Source: Gemmatimonadota bacterium (lineage in GTDB: Bacteria > Gemmatimonadota > Gemmatimonadetes > Longimicrobiales > Longimicrobiaceae). Taken from it: a stretch of DNA of 64,000 nucleotides. The DNA is taken from NCBI GenBank assembly GCA_040905505.1, contig JBBDRL010000109.1:4509-68508 (forward strand). Direction: 5' to 3'. Made by a program: the position numbers and the translations under genes. Below the pieces are notes generated by a model that saw nothing but the letters and a program-made list of their open reading frames with translations, ran no database searches and was not told the origin of the DNA. Position 1 is the first letter of the stretch; each line of letters starts with the position of its first letter. Shown here in pieces: positions 46,514-55,777 of the stretch.

Positions 46514-47902
46514 ATGGCCCGCATAGAAGTCCCGATGCCCCAGATGGGCGAATCGATCGCCGAAGGCACCGTCTCAGCCTGGTTGAAGCAGATCGGGGAT
46601 CGGGTGGAGCGCGACGAACCCATCTTGGAGATCTCCACCGACAAGGTGGACGCGGAGATCCCGTCGCCCGTCGCGGGAGTCCTGGTCGAGGTATTGGTCC
46701 AGGAGGGGGAAACCGTCGAGGTCGGGACGGCGGTCGCGTTCGTCGAAACCGAGGTGGCGGCTGACGGGGGCGCCGCGGGTGGACCCCCCGAGGAGGCAGC
46801 GGAGGGTGCGCAACCTCAGAAGACGGTGGCGGACGTGCCACCGGCAGAAGCGGATGTCCGAGCTGGTGCCTCGGGCGACCCGGCCGGGGGCGCGCGTCCG
46901 GTTGCCGGAAGCAGTCCTGAATCGAACGATCGCGGGGGCGCCTCCGCAGCCCCGGAGACAGCCGAAGAACGCCTGCGCCGGCGCTCGACGCCGTTGGTCC
47001 GGCGCATCGCCACCGAACATGGGCTCTCACTCGAGGAGATCCCCGGGACCGGGCGGGCGGGCCGGGTCACCAAAGCGGACGTCCTCCAGTACGTCGAGCA
47101 GGGTGCGGCGGCCGGAAAGCCTGGAGCGGGCGGTGCCGAGGGCGCGTTCTCGTGGGATGCCTACTACACCAACGTCCGCCATCCCGAAGTCGAGGCTTAC
47201 TCCGGCGACCGTTCGGAGCCGATGGGCCGGATGACGAGGCTCATCGCCGAGCACATGATCCTGTCCAAGCGGACTTCCGCCCACGTCCATTCGTATTTCG
47301 AGGTGGACTACTCGCGCATCGACCAGTTCCGCGCTCAGAACCGGGCGCAGTGGGACGAGCAGGGCGTCAAGGTCACCTACACCGCGTTCATCGCGAAGGC
47401 GGTCGCGACTGCGCTTCGCGAACACCCGAAGATCAACGCCTCCATCTCCGGTGAAAAGGTCGTTTACCGGGGTGCGGTCAACATCGGTGTCGCGGTCGCG
47501 CTCGATCAGGGGCTGATCGTCCCCGTCGTTCGCGATGCGGACAATCTCTCGCTCGTCGGCCTGGCCCGCGCCGTCTCCGATCTCGCCCTCAGGGCTCGAT
47601 CCAAGAAGCTCGCACCGGAGGAGGTTCAGGGAGGGACCTTCACCATCACGAATCCGGGGATATTCGGCACGGTGATCGGCTTCCCGATCATCAATCAGCC
47701 CCAGGTGGCGATCATGGGGGTCGGCGCCGTCGAGAAGCGTCCGGTCGTCGTCTCCGACGAATTCGGCAATGATGCCATCGTCCCCCGTAAACGCGGCTTC
47801 ATCTCGCTCGGCTACGACCATCGGCTCGTCAACGGGGCCGACGCAGATCGCTTCCTCGCGCGCGTCAAGGAGATCCTGGAAACTTTTCCCGAAGCCCGAT
47901 GA
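46514..47902 (+). CDS. Dihydrolipoamide acyltransferase E2 (lipoyl domain, PSBD, catalytic domain)
   Basis: MARIEVPMPQMGESIAEGT..STDKVDAEIPS is the lipoyl-Lys motif. It has an Ala/Pro/Gly linker, a PSBD (TPLVRRIATEHGL) and the catalytic DHRLVNG. Confidence 0.9.
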   Translation: MARIEVPMPQMGESIAEGTVSAWLKQIGDRVERDEPILEISTDKVDAEIPSPVAGVLVEVLVQEGETVEVGTAVAFVETEVAADGGAAGGPPEEAAEGAQPQKTVADVPPAEADVRAGASGDPAGGARPVAGSSPESNDRGGASAAPETAEERLRRRSTPLVRRIATEHGLSLEEIPGTGRAGRVTKADVLQYVEQGAAAGKPGAGGAEGAFSWDAYYTNVRHPEVEAYSGDRSEPMGRMTRLIAEHMILSKRTSAHVHSYFEVDYSRIDQFRAQNRAQWDEQGVKVTYTAFIAKAVATALREHPKINASISGEKVVYRGAVNIGVAVALDQGLIVPVVRDADNLSLVGLARAVSDLALRARSKKLAPEEVQGGTFTITNPGIFGTVIGFPIINQPQVAIMGVGAVEKRPVVVSDEFGNDAIVPRKRGFISLGYDHRLVNGADADRFLARVKEILETFPEAR

Positions 47903-48549
47903 TGCAGGTCGGAGCCAACCGCGCCCTGGATATTCGCCGTCTCGGCCGCATCGACTACCCTGAGGCCCTCGAGCTCCAGGCCGAGCTGGTTCGGGAGCGC
48001 CGCGACGGCGCCATTCCCGACACGCTCCTCCTGCTCGAGCACCCACACGTCATCACGCTCGGGTCCGGTTGGAGTGCGGAGAACATCCTGCTGAGCCCAG
48101 AGGAGCTCGAAGAGCGCGGCATTCAGGTGATCGAGACGGGGCGCGGCGGGGACGTGACCTACCACGGCCCGGGGCAGCTCGTCGGGTACCCGATCCTGGA
48201 CCTCAAGCCAGACCGCTGCGACCTCCATCTGTACCTCCGCAGCCTCGAACATCTGCTGATCGAGGTGCTAGCCGACTTCGGGCTCGAAGCAGGCCGCCTC
48301 GAGGGCCTCACCGGCGTCTGGTGCGGCGACCGCAAGATCGCCGCAATCGGGATTCGAGTCTCGTCGGGATGGATCACTTCCCACGGATTCGCCCTCAACG
48401 TATCCACCGATCTGTCGTTCTTCGGGACCATCGTGCCCTGCGGGCTCCACGATCATTCCATCAGCTCCCTCTCCCAGGAGCTCGGCCGTGACGTGGCGAT
48501 GGAGGACGTCGAAACGGTCGTGGCGGCGCGCTTCAGAGAGAGGATGTAG
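47899..48549 (+). CDS. lipB: Lipoyl(octanoyl) transferase
   Basis: 216 aa with RGGDVTYHGPGQLVGYPI and KIAAIG. It overlaps the E2 stop by ATGA. Confidence 0.9.
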   Translation: MMQVGANRALDIRRLGRIDYPEALELQAELVRERRDGAIPDTLLLLEHPHVITLGSGWSAENILLSPEELEERGIQVIETGRGGDVTYHGPGQLVGYPILDLKPDRCDLHLYLRSLEHLLIEVLADFGLEAGRLEGLTGVWCGDRKIAAIGIRVSSGWITSHGFALNVSTDLSFFGTIVPCGLHDHSISSLSQELGRDVAMEDVETVVAARFRERM

Positions 48550-48573
48550 AGCGCGGACCGGCTAAATCCCGAC

Positions 48574-49140
48574 CTAGCCCGGCGGCCCGGGTAGGAAATC
48601 CAGATATCTCCCCTTCGCCTCCTGCTCCTCCGCGATCCATTCATCGAAGCCCGACTCGACGAGGCCGCCGCTCGAGATCTGCTCGCGGGCCGCGCGGATG
48701 GCCAGGTGGTTAGCGTATTCGTTCTGGGCATGACCCGCATGGCCGCGTACCCAGCGCCAGTTTACCTCGTGTCGAGCCGCGCTCGCGACGAGCTCCTGCC
48801 ACAGCTCCAGGTTCTCGATCTCGCCCCCTTTCCGCTTCCACCCGCGGCGCTTCCAGTTGTGCACCCAACGGCTCATGCCGTCCACCAGATAGCGGCTATC
48901 GCTGGTGAAGATCACCTTGGAAGGGCCCTTCAACGCTGCCAGAGGGATCGCGGCGCTACGCAGCGCCATGCGGTTGTTCGTCGTATCAGGCTCACTCGTC
49001 CAGAAGTCGCGGCGAATCCAGCCGAGTCGCTCCGAATGGAATTCCAGGACCCCTGCCGCGCCGCCGGGCCGGGACCGGTCCTGAAACTGATTTCCAAGGC
49101 ACGATTCGTCTGCATAGATGAAGACGAGAGGAAGCGTCAC
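48574..49140 (-). CDS. rnhA: Ribonuclease HI with a C-terminal extension
   Basis: 188 aa with YADESCLGN, TNNRMAL, FTSDSRYLV and WRWVRGHAGHAQNEYAN. Confidence 0.85.
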   Translation of the reverse strand: MTLPLVFIYADESCLGNQFQDRSRPGGAAGVLEFHSERLGWIRRDFWTSEPDTTNNRMALRSAAIPLAALKGPSKVIFTSDSRYLVDGMSRWVHNWKRRGWKRKGGEIENLELWQELVASAARHEVNWRWVRGHAGHAQNEYANHLAIRAAREQISSGGLVESGFDEWIAEEQEAKGRYLDFLPGPPG

Positions 49141-49196
49141 GGATCACCCCGAGTCGAAATGGATCGATGATATCGGTGAGGACGTACGGCCGCCAC

Positions 49197-49224
49197 TTGA
49201 CACGCAGAGGGCGCCGGCTAATTT
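49197..49224 (+). promoter_or_regulatory. Sigma-70-type promoter candidate for carA
   Basis: TTGACA (49197-49202), a 16-nt spacer, then TAATTT (49219-49224). Confidence 0.5.
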
Positions 49225-49251
49225 CACCGTCCGCCCAACCCCCCGTCTCGC

Positions 49252-50406
49252 ATGAACTTGAGTGAGGAAGGACCGAACGTGGCACGAGAGGCGATCCTGA
49301 TGCTGGAAGACGGCCGGAGCTTCCGAGGCGAATCGTACGGAAGCGCCGGTAGCACCTATGGTGAAGTCGTCTTCAATACCTCCATGACGGGATACCAGGA
49401 GATTCTGACCGATCCGTCGTACACGGGTCAGATCGTCACCATGACGTACCCGCTGATCGGGAACTACGGCGCGAACGCGGAGGACCAGGAGTCTGAGGGA
49501 CCCTGCGTCGCCGGTTTCGTGATCCACGAGGCGCCGTCCGTCCATAGTAACTGGCGCGCCACGGAATCGCTGCAGGAGTATCTGGAACGGCATGGCATCG
49601 TCGCCATCGCCGGCGTCGACCAGAGGGCGCTCACGCGCCATATCCGCTCCGCCGGGGCCATGCGCGGCGCCATCGCGCCCGCGGGAACGCCGGCGGACCA
49701 CGAGCGGCTTCTCGAGGAGATCCGGGCTCAGCCTCGAATGGAGGGGCTCGATCTTGCCTGCGGCGTTTCCACCGGCCACAGCTACGTGGTCCCGGCGGTC
49801 GGTCCGAAGCGCTTCGACGTCCTGGCCTTCGATTTCGGCGTCAAATCGCACTCTCTCAAGCTGCTGGCGGAGCGTGGATGCGAGGTGACCGTGCTTCCTG
49901 CAACGACCCCCACGGCGGACGTCGTCGACCGCGACTTCGACGGCCTGTTCATCTCCAACGGACCCGGCGACCCCCAGGCCGTGGGACATGTACTCGAGAC
50001 CATCCAATCGCTTGCGGAGCGCGAGACGCCCATCTTCGGCATCTGCCTGGGACATCAGCTCATCGGTCGGGCATTCGGCGGCGCCACCTACAAGCTTCTC
50101 TACGGGCATCGCGGCGGGAATCACCCGGTGCGTCGGCTGGACGACGGGACCGTCGAGATCACCGCGCAGAACCATGGATTCGCCGTCCGAGGGGACGCCG
50201 ACGAGATCCCCGGCGCGCCTGACCTGAGGGCCACGCACATCAATCTCAACGACGGCACCATCGAGGGTCTCGAGCATAGAACGAAGCCGATATTCTCCGT
50301 TCAGTACCACCCCGAATCCGCGCCCGGGCCGCACGACTCCCGCTATCTGTTCGATCGCCTGATCGAGAAAATGGAGAGCACTTCAGCGGCGGCGCAGGAC
50401 GCTTGA
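49252..50406 (+). CDS. carA: Carbamoyl-phosphate synthase small (glutaminase) subunit
   Basis: 384 aa with VFNTSMTGYQEILTDPSY, GICLGHQ and QYHPE. Confidence 0.95.
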   Translation: MNLSEEGPNVAREAILMLEDGRSFRGESYGSAGSTYGEVVFNTSMTGYQEILTDPSYTGQIVTMTYPLIGNYGANAEDQESEGPCVAGFVIHEAPSVHSNWRATESLQEYLERHGIVAIAGVDQRALTRHIRSAGAMRGAIAPAGTPADHERLLEEIRAQPRMEGLDLACGVSTGHSYVVPAVGPKRFDVLAFDFGVKSHSLKLLAERGCEVTVLPATTPTADVVDRDFDGLFISNGPGDPQAVGHVLETIQSLAERETPIFGICLGHQLIGRAFGGATYKLLYGHRGGNHPVRRLDDGTVEITAQNHGFAVRGDADEIPGAPDLRATHINLNDGTIEGLEHRTKPIFSVQYHPESAPGPHDSRYLFDRLIEKMESTSAAAQDA

Positions 50407-50430
50407 CTTTTCTCGACCCGGGATTACGTT
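50403..50430 (+). promoter_or_regulatory. Sigma-70-type promoter candidate for the HU/IHF gene
   Basis: TTGACT (50403-50408), a 16-nt spacer, then TACGTT (50425-50430). Confidence 0.35.
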
Positions 50431-50605
50431 GCACGGGTAAGCTACAGCACATCAAGTCTTTAGGCGGTTTCGAGGAGGGCTGCGCGCTGGCCCGCCCCCG
50501 GAGGCGACCGCCGTCTATCACCCTGCTCGTCCGCGGCTTCACGCGGTGCTCCGGCCCTTTCGCGCCTTCTGTGCTCCCACTCTTCAACTCCCACGGAGGA
50601 TGTCA

Positions 50606-50902
50606 ATGACAAAGGCGGATCTGGTGCAGCTGGCTTCCGAGACCATCGGACCCGGTATTACCAAAAAGGATTGTGCGATCGTCGTCGATGCGTTCCTCAA
50701 CTCGATCAAGGACGCCATGGCGGAGCACAAGAATATCGAAATTCGTGGCTTCGGTACCTTCAAGGTCCGGGAACGCAAGAGCCGCCTCGCGAGAAACCCG
50801 CGTACGGGCGATCCGGTCGAAGTCCCGCCGCGGGCCGTGCCGGTCTTCAAGCCGTCGAAGGACCTGCGGGCCCTCGTCGAGGAGCGTCCGCTCGGCGTCT
50901 GA
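50606..50902 (+). CDS. HU/IHF-family DNA-binding protein
   Basis: ATG 50606 lies 5 nt after GGAGGA. The protein contains IEIRGFGTFKVRERKSRLARNPRTGDPVEVPPRAVPVFKPSK. A weak hairpin plus T5 follows at 50893-50920. Confidence 0.9.
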   Translation: MTKADLVQLASETIGPGITKKDCAIVVDAFLNSIKDAMAEHKNIEIRGFGTFKVRERKSRLARNPRTGDPVEVPPRAVPVFKPSKDLRALVEERPLGV

Positions 50903-50973
50903 TTAGTCGGCGCCGTTTTTGCACCACAGTCCTCCATTTCCTCGGTTCTATACCGACTTCCATGGAGGCCCGG

Positions 50974-51279
50974 ATGCTCATTCAGGTTGTTCGCACTGAT
51001 CTCGCTCCAGCGGAAGTCATCCGCCGAGCGCGTGACTTCTTCTCGACCCGCTTCACTCCGTACGGTGCCTTTGCCCAGGAAGAGAGCGAGACCCATATCG
51101 TCTTCCGGGTCGAAGCCGGTGAGCTGGTCATTGGTACAGGTACGATCGAAGGCCGCACGGTCGTTCGCGGCTCGACATCGCGAATGCATCACGAGCTTTC
51201 CCAGTTTCTCGCCACGCTGGCGCCGGCCGAAGCGATTCGGCAGAACGCCCTCGGACCGGGCGCATCCGGCGCCGGCTGA
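50974..51279 (+). CDS. Hypothetical small protein
   Basis: ATG 50974 lies 5 nt after GGAGG. ATG 50962 is an alternative. About 101 aa with no recognisable motif. Confidence 0.45.
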   Translation: MLIQVVRTDLAPAEVIRRARDFFSTRFTPYGAFAQEESETHIVFRVEAGELVIGTGTIEGRTVVRGSTSRMHHELSQFLATLAPAEAIRQNALGPGASGAG

Positions 51280-51404
51280 ACGCAGCGTCTTCCCGGCGGA
51301 GGTGCGGCGTTCCGCATCGGCTCCAGACGCTGGCGCGAACCCGCGCCGCTGCGAAGGGTAACACTAGCACTCCTGGCATTACCTTTCAGCGCCGTGCCTC
51401 TGAG

Positions 51405-51650
51405 ATGCAGATCAAAGCCCTTTTCTTCGCCACCTATCGCGATATTGCAGGGACCGACGAGATGCAGGTGGAGCTCCCTTCCGGAGCTTCCGTCTCGGAT
51501 CTCGTCACGCATCTGCGTGGCCGCGGCCGGACCTGGGAGGCGCTGCCCGCCCGGCCGGCGGTAGCGGTAAACCTCACCTACGCCCCGCTCGCGACCTCTC
51601 TTGCGCCCGGCGACGAGGTCGCCTTCATTCCGCCGGTCAGCGGAGGATGA
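51405..51650 (+). CDS. moaD: Molybdopterin synthase sulfur-carrier subunit
   Basis: 81 aa ubiquitin-like protein ending in the diagnostic GG (IPPVSGG). It overlaps the moaE start. Confidence 0.85.
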   Translation: MQIKALFFATYRDIAGTDEMQVELPSGASVSDLVTHLRGRGRTWEALPARPAVAVNLTYAPLATSLAPGDEVAFIPPVSGG

Positions 51651-52096
51651 GCGTGAACCCGCCGGTGTGTCGAATCACCGCCGACCCCATCGACCCGTGC
51701 ACGCTTCTCGACACCTCCCCCGGTGACGGGGCGGCCCTGCTCTTCGTCGGCGTCGTCCGAGACCACAACGAGGGCCGCAGCGTCGGGCATCTCGATTACC
51801 AGGCCTACCCAGAGATGGCCGAAGCGGTGTTACGCGAGATCGTCGATGAAGCTCTCGGCCGATGGGATGCGGGCCAGGTCTCTGTGGTTCACCGCGTCGG
51901 CCGCCTCGATATCGGTGAGGTGAGTGTCGCCATCGCGGTCACGTCGCCTCATCGCGGCGATGCCTACGACGCGTCTCGTTACGTCATCGAAGAGCTCAAG
52001 AAGCGAGTGCCTATCTGGAAGCGCGAAGGCTACATTGACGGAGACAGCGAATGGCTTCGGGGGAACACCCCCGAACCCGCCCGCGAGGGAACATGA
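51647..52096 (+). CDS. moaE: Molybdopterin synthase catalytic subunit
   Basis: 149 aa with FVGVVRDHNEGR and PIWKRE. Confidence 0.85.
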   Translation: MSVNPPVCRITADPIDPCTLLDTSPGDGAALLFVGVVRDHNEGRSVGHLDYQAYPEMAEAVLREIVDEALGRWDAGQVSVVHRVGRLDIGEVSVAIAVTSPHRGDAYDASRYVIEELKKRVPIWKREGYIDGDSEWLRGNTPEPAREGT

Positions 52097-53142
52097 GTGA
52101 CCAACTCGTTCAGCTCGGCATGCCGGACGTTCCGCGCCACGAGGTGCCGGAGACCGGCCCGATGCGCGACGGCTTCGGCCGCCGCGTCGAGTACCTGCGC
52201 ATCTCGGTAACAGACAAGTGCAATCTCCGGTGCGTGTACTGCATGCCGGAGGAAGGGCTGCCGTGGCTCAAGCGGCAGCAACTGCTGAGCTATGAAGAGA
52301 TCACGCGAATCGTTCGCGAGATGGCGCCCCTCGGCCTGCGCAAGCTGCGAATCACCGGCGGGGAGCCGCTGGTCCGTAAGGACCTCCCGGAGCTCGTGCG
52401 GATGCTGCGGGCAGTCGACGGCATCGAGGACATCGCGCTCTCGACGAACGCCGTCCTGCTCCCCGAGTCCGCCGACGCGCTGCGCGAAGCTGGCGTCAAT
52501 CGCCTGAACGTCTCTCTGGACTCGCTGATCCCCGACCGCATCGATGCGATCTCCCGGAGGCCCGGGTCCGCGGCGAAGATCTTCGCCGGACTCGAAGCAG
52601 CCGAGCGCGTCGGCTTCTCGCCGATCAAGATCAACTGCGTCGTGATGCGCGGCCGCAACGAGGACGAGGTCGAGGCGTTCGCGCGCATCAGCCGTGAACG
52701 CCCGTGGCACATCCGTTTCATCGAGGTGATGCCGACGGGTGAGAACCTCCAGGTGCAGAGCGAGGAGTTCGTCTCGGCAGAGGAACTCCTCGAACGCATG
52801 AGGACCATTGGCGACCTTCAGCCGGTCGCGGGGCCGAGTGGCAACGGGCCCGCTCGGTACTATGCCTTCCCAGATGCCCCCGGGACGATCGGCGTCATAA
52901 CGCCGATGAGTCACAACTACTGCGATACCTGCAATCGCATGCGGCTCACCGCCGACGGTCAGCTTAGGCCCTGCCTCTTCGGCGCCATCCAGACCAACCT
53001 TCGTGATCCGCTTCGGCGCGGCGACCCGATCGAACCCCTGATTCGCGAGACGCTGCGCATCAAGCCCGAACGGCACTGGCTCGCCCATGGCACCGACCAG
53101 GGCAGCGGGGGACTCCTGGCGCTTTCGCAGGTAGGAGGATAA
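52093..53142 (+). CDS. moaA: GTP 3',8-cyclase (radical SAM)
   Basis: ATG 52093 overlaps the moaE stop (ATGA). The protein has LRISVTDKCNLRCVYCMP, a C-terminal CDTCNRMRLTADG, and ends in GG. Confidence 0.9.
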   Translation: MSDQLVQLGMPDVPRHEVPETGPMRDGFGRRVEYLRISVTDKCNLRCVYCMPEEGLPWLKRQQLLSYEEITRIVREMAPLGLRKLRITGGEPLVRKDLPELVRMLRAVDGIEDIALSTNAVLLPESADALREAGVNRLNVSLDSLIPDRIDAISRRPGSAAKIFAGLEAAERVGFSPIKINCVVMRGRNEDEVEAFARISRERPWHIRFIEVMPTGENLQVQSEEFVSAEELLERMRTIGDLQPVAGPSGNGPARYYAFPDAPGTIGVITPMSHNYCDTCNRMRLTADGQLRPCLFGAIQTNLRDPLRRGDPIEPLIRETLRIKPERHWLAHGTDQGSGGLLALSQVGG

Positions 53143-53144
53143 AA

Positions 53145-53251
53145 GGCAATTTTTCGAATCGTGAATTTTGAATTATAGATGCTGATCCCGGCAGATCGCG
53201 GGCCAGCCGGAGCAGTTCGATCAAAATTCACGTTCACAATTCAAAAATGCC
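53145..53251. repeat. AT-rich imperfect inverted repeat flanking a GC-rich core; it spans the moaA-trmL spacer and the trmL start codon
   Basis: The left arm is GGCAATTTTTCGAATCGTGAATTTTGAATTAT (53145-53176). The right arm is TCGATCAAAATTCACGTTCACAATTCAAAAATGCC (53217-53251). The perfect nested blocks are GTGAATTTTGA/TCAAAATTCAC and GGCA(A)TTTTT/AAAAATGCC. Confidence 0.6.
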
Positions 53252-53711
53252 TTCCATCGCCCTCTACGAGCCCGAAATCCCACCCAACGCCGGTAACGTC
53301 GCACGGCTTTGTGCGGCGACGGCATCTCCGCTCCATCTGATCGGCAGGCTCGGCTTTTCCTTTCGCCATCCGGGCGCCCGCCGCGCCGGCATGGATTACT
53401 GGGATCAGGTCGATCCCCATCGTCACCTCAATTTCGACGAATTTCAGCGCGTGGTCGGCCCCGCTCGGATCTGGGGTTTCTCCACGCATTCGGCTCGCGA
53501 CCTCTGGAGCGCGGACTTCCAGGAGGGCGATGTCCTGCTCTTCGGCCCGGAATCCCGGGGCCTCCCGCCGGAGCTATTGGCGCGCCTCGAACCCCGTACA
53601 CTTCGGATTCCAATGGTCGCCGCTGCCCGGTCGCTGAACCTGGCGACCGCGGTCGCGATCGGACTCTACGAATCCCTCCGTCAGATCGGCCGCTTTCCCT
53701 GTTCCCCCTGA
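53247..53711 (+). CDS. trmL: tRNA (cytidine/uridine-34 2'-O)-methyltransferase (SpoU/TrmL)
   Basis: 154 aa with LYEPEIPPNAGNVARLC, LLFGPESRGLP and SLNLATAVAI. Confidence 0.9.
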   Translation: MPSIALYEPEIPPNAGNVARLCAATASPLHLIGRLGFSFRHPGARRAGMDYWDQVDPHRHLNFDEFQRVVGPARIWGFSTHSARDLWSADFQEGDVLLFGPESRGLPPELLARLEPRTLRIPMVAAARSLNLATAVAIGLYESLRQIGRFPCSP

Positions 53712-53757
53712 CCCGTTCAGGCCGCGCAAATGGCCGATCTTCAAGGCTTCCCACGAG

Positions 53758-53786
53758 TTGACAGCCTCCTCGTGCCGGTCTAGTTT
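53758..53786 (+). promoter_or_regulatory. Sigma-70-type promoter candidate for mdh
   Basis: TTGACA (53758-53763), a 17-nt spacer, then TAGTTT (53781-53786). Confidence 0.5.
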
Positions 53787-53846
53787 GCCCGCCTGTAGAC
53801 CTGGGCCGATCGGCCCTGACGTGCGCAACCAACTCGAAGCGGATTC

Positions 53847-54770
53847 ATGGACAAGATCACGATCGTCGGAGCGGGTAACGTAGGTGCGACAGCGGCGCAG
53901 CGTGTCGCCGAGAAGGAACTGGCGCGCGAGGTCGTGCTCATCGACGTCGTCGAGGGCATTCCGCAAGGGAAGGGGCTGGACCAGTGGGAGACCGCACCGA
54001 TCGAGGGATTCGACAGCCGGGTCATCGGCACCAATGGGTATGAGGAAGCGGTCGGCTCCGGCATCTTCATCGTAACGGCTGGCATCGCGCGCAAGCCTGG
54101 AATGAGCCGGGACGACCTGCTCAATACGAACGCGAATATCGTTCGGGACGTCAGCGAGAACATCAAGCGCGTCGCCCCCGAGTCGATCATCATCGTGGTG
54201 AGCAATCCGCTGGACGTGATGTGCTACGTCGCGAAGGAGGCGTCCGGCTTCCCGCGCGAACGCGTGATCGGTATGGCCGGCGTGCTGGACACCGCCCGCT
54301 ACCGCTCCTTCCTCGCGCTCGAGCTCGACGTCTCCGTCGAGGACATTCAAGCCATGGTGCTCGGCGGCCACGGCGACACGATGGTGCCCCTGATCTCCTA
54401 TACGACAGTATCGGGGATCCCCATCACCCAGCTCGTCCCCCCCGACCGCCTCGAGGCGATCGTCGACCGTGCCCGAAAGGGTGGCGCTGAAATCGTGCAG
54501 CACCTGAAGACCGGCTCCGCGTACTACGCGCCGTCGGCGGCCGCCGTCCAGATGGCCGAAGCGATCGTCAAGGACAAGAAGCGCATCCTGCCGTGCTCCG
54601 CTTGGCTCGAAGGTGAATACGGGATGAGCGGCCTTTTCCTCGGCGTTCCCTGCAAGCTCGGCCGCAATGGGCTCGACAGCATCATCGAGGTGGAGCTCAC
54701 GGGGGAGGAGCGCGAGGCGCTCGAGCGCTCCGCTGAAGCGGTCCGTGAACCCATGCGTGTGGTTAAATAA
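53847..54770 (+). CDS. mdh: Malate dehydrogenase (LDH-like type)
   Basis: 307 aa with [28 protein letters not shown] and GGHGDTMVP. Confidence 0.95.
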   Translation: MDKITIVGAGNVGATAAQRVAEKELAREVVLIDVVEGIPQGKGLDQWETAPIEGFDSRVIGTNGYEEAVGSGIFIVTAGIARKPGMSRDDLLNTNANIVRDVSENIKRVAPESIIIVVSNPLDVMCYVAKEASGFPRERVIGMAGVLDTARYRSFLALELDVSVEDIQAMVLGGHGDTMVPLISYTTVSGIPITQLVPPDRLEAIVDRARKGGAEIVQHLKTGSAYYAPSAAAVQMAEAIVKDKKRILPCSAWLEGEYGMSGLFLGVPCKLGRNGLDSIIEVELTGEEREALERSAEAVREPMRVVK

Positions 54771-54773
54771 ACG

Positions 54774-54857
54774 AAGCTATCGGCTATCAGCTTTCAGCTA
54801 TCAGTGCTGACGCTGACGGGCCGTCACTGATCGCCGATAGCTGATAGCCGATAGCTT
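54774..54857. repeat. 84-nt palindrome built from heptanucleotide (GCTATCR / YGATAGC) repeats between mdh and sdhC
   Basis: AAGCTATCGGCTATCAGCT (54774-54792) is the exact reverse complement of AGCTGATAGCCGATAGCTT (54839-54857). The inner part is imperfectly complementary (CAGTG..TGACG GGC CGTCA..CACTG). 7-nt periodicity is visible in both arms. Confidence 0.8.
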
Positions 54858-54863
54858 TCACCT

Positions 54864-55343
54864 ATGACCGTACGCAACCGAGGGATCGGCACCGCACTCC
54901 GCTACCGCGGCCGCGAGGGCATGTGGACGTGGCTCCTCCACCGGGCCACCGGTCTCGGGGTGCTCCTGTTCCTCATCGTCCACGTCGTTGAAACGGCTGC
55001 GATCATCTACAGCCCGGAATTCTACGACGAAGCGCTCGGGCTCTACAAGAATCCCCTCTTCCGATTCGCGGAGCTGCTGATCTTCTTCTCCGTACTCTTC
55101 CATGCTGTCAACGGCCTGCGAATCATCGTTCAGGATTTCTGGCCGTACGTGATGGAAAGGCAGCGGCAGCTCGCCTGGGCCGGCGCCGTGGCCGTGCTCG
55201 TGACGATGGTGCCCGTGACCTGGATCATGGTCGCCCCTCTGTTCGGCTGGGCGGATGAGCCGGGCACCGATCGGCATATCGAGCGCTGCCAGGAGATTCC
55301 GACCGCGCCCGCCTGCCTCGCCGACGCCGAGGCGGTCGAATGA
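54864..55343 (+). CDS. sdhC: Succinate dehydrogenase cytochrome b subunit
   Basis: 159 aa with three TM helices and the HRATGLGVLLFLIVH heme-ligand region. It is first in the sdhCDAB order. Confidence 0.85.
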   Translation: MTVRNRGIGTALRYRGREGMWTWLLHRATGLGVLLFLIVHVVETAAIIYSPEFYDEALGLYKNPLFRFAELLIFFSVLFHAVNGLRIIVQDFWPYVMERQRQLAWAGAVAVLVTMVPVTWIMVAPLFGWADEPGTDRHIERCQEIPTAPACLADAEAVE

Positions 55344-55777
55344 CCGAGGCGACCGAGGCGACCGAGCGGGGCGCGCCGAAACCCGGTGGAGGATACCGTC
55401 GGCCGGTTGGCGGGCGCGGTAGGTTCGAGGTCCTCTCCTGGTTCTTCATGCGTATCTCGGGATTGCTGCTCATCTTCCTCGCTCTCTACCACCTCATTTG
55501 GTGGAACTTGGTGATCGGGGTCGAACACCTCGATTCCCAGGTGGTGATCGAGCGCTGGAGCAATCCGATGTGGCGGCTGTTCAACGTAGCGCTGGTGAGC
55601 TTCGCCCTCCTCCACGGCCTGAACGGCGCCCGCTACAGCATCGAAGATTATGTGCGGCGGCCGGGTCTGCGGGTCGCCACGAAAGCGGTCGTTTACACCA
55701 TCGTACTCGCGGCGCTCGTGATCGGGGTGTTCGCACTCGTCACCTTCGATCCGGCAACTTTCTTCGCGAGCCAATGA
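55340..55777 (+). CDS. sdhD: Succinate dehydrogenase hydrophobic membrane anchor subunit
   Basis: 145 aa with three TM helices and ATGA overlaps on both sides. Confidence 0.75.
   Translation: MTEATEATERGAPKPGGGYRRPVGGRGRFEVLSWFFMRISGLLLIFLALYHLIWWNLVIGVEHLDSQVVIERWSNPMWRLFNVALVSFALLHGLNGARYSIEDYVRRPGLRVATKAVVYTIVLAALVIGVFALVTFDPATFFASQ

Noticed and set aside
51280-51404. Possible Moco riboswitch upstream of moaD.
   Set aside because: The position is right for one, and a GGCGCG-AACC-CGCGCC hairpin is present. I cannot reproduce the conserved Moco-motif elements from memory in this 125 nt. It needs cmsearch with the Rfam Moco model before any claim.
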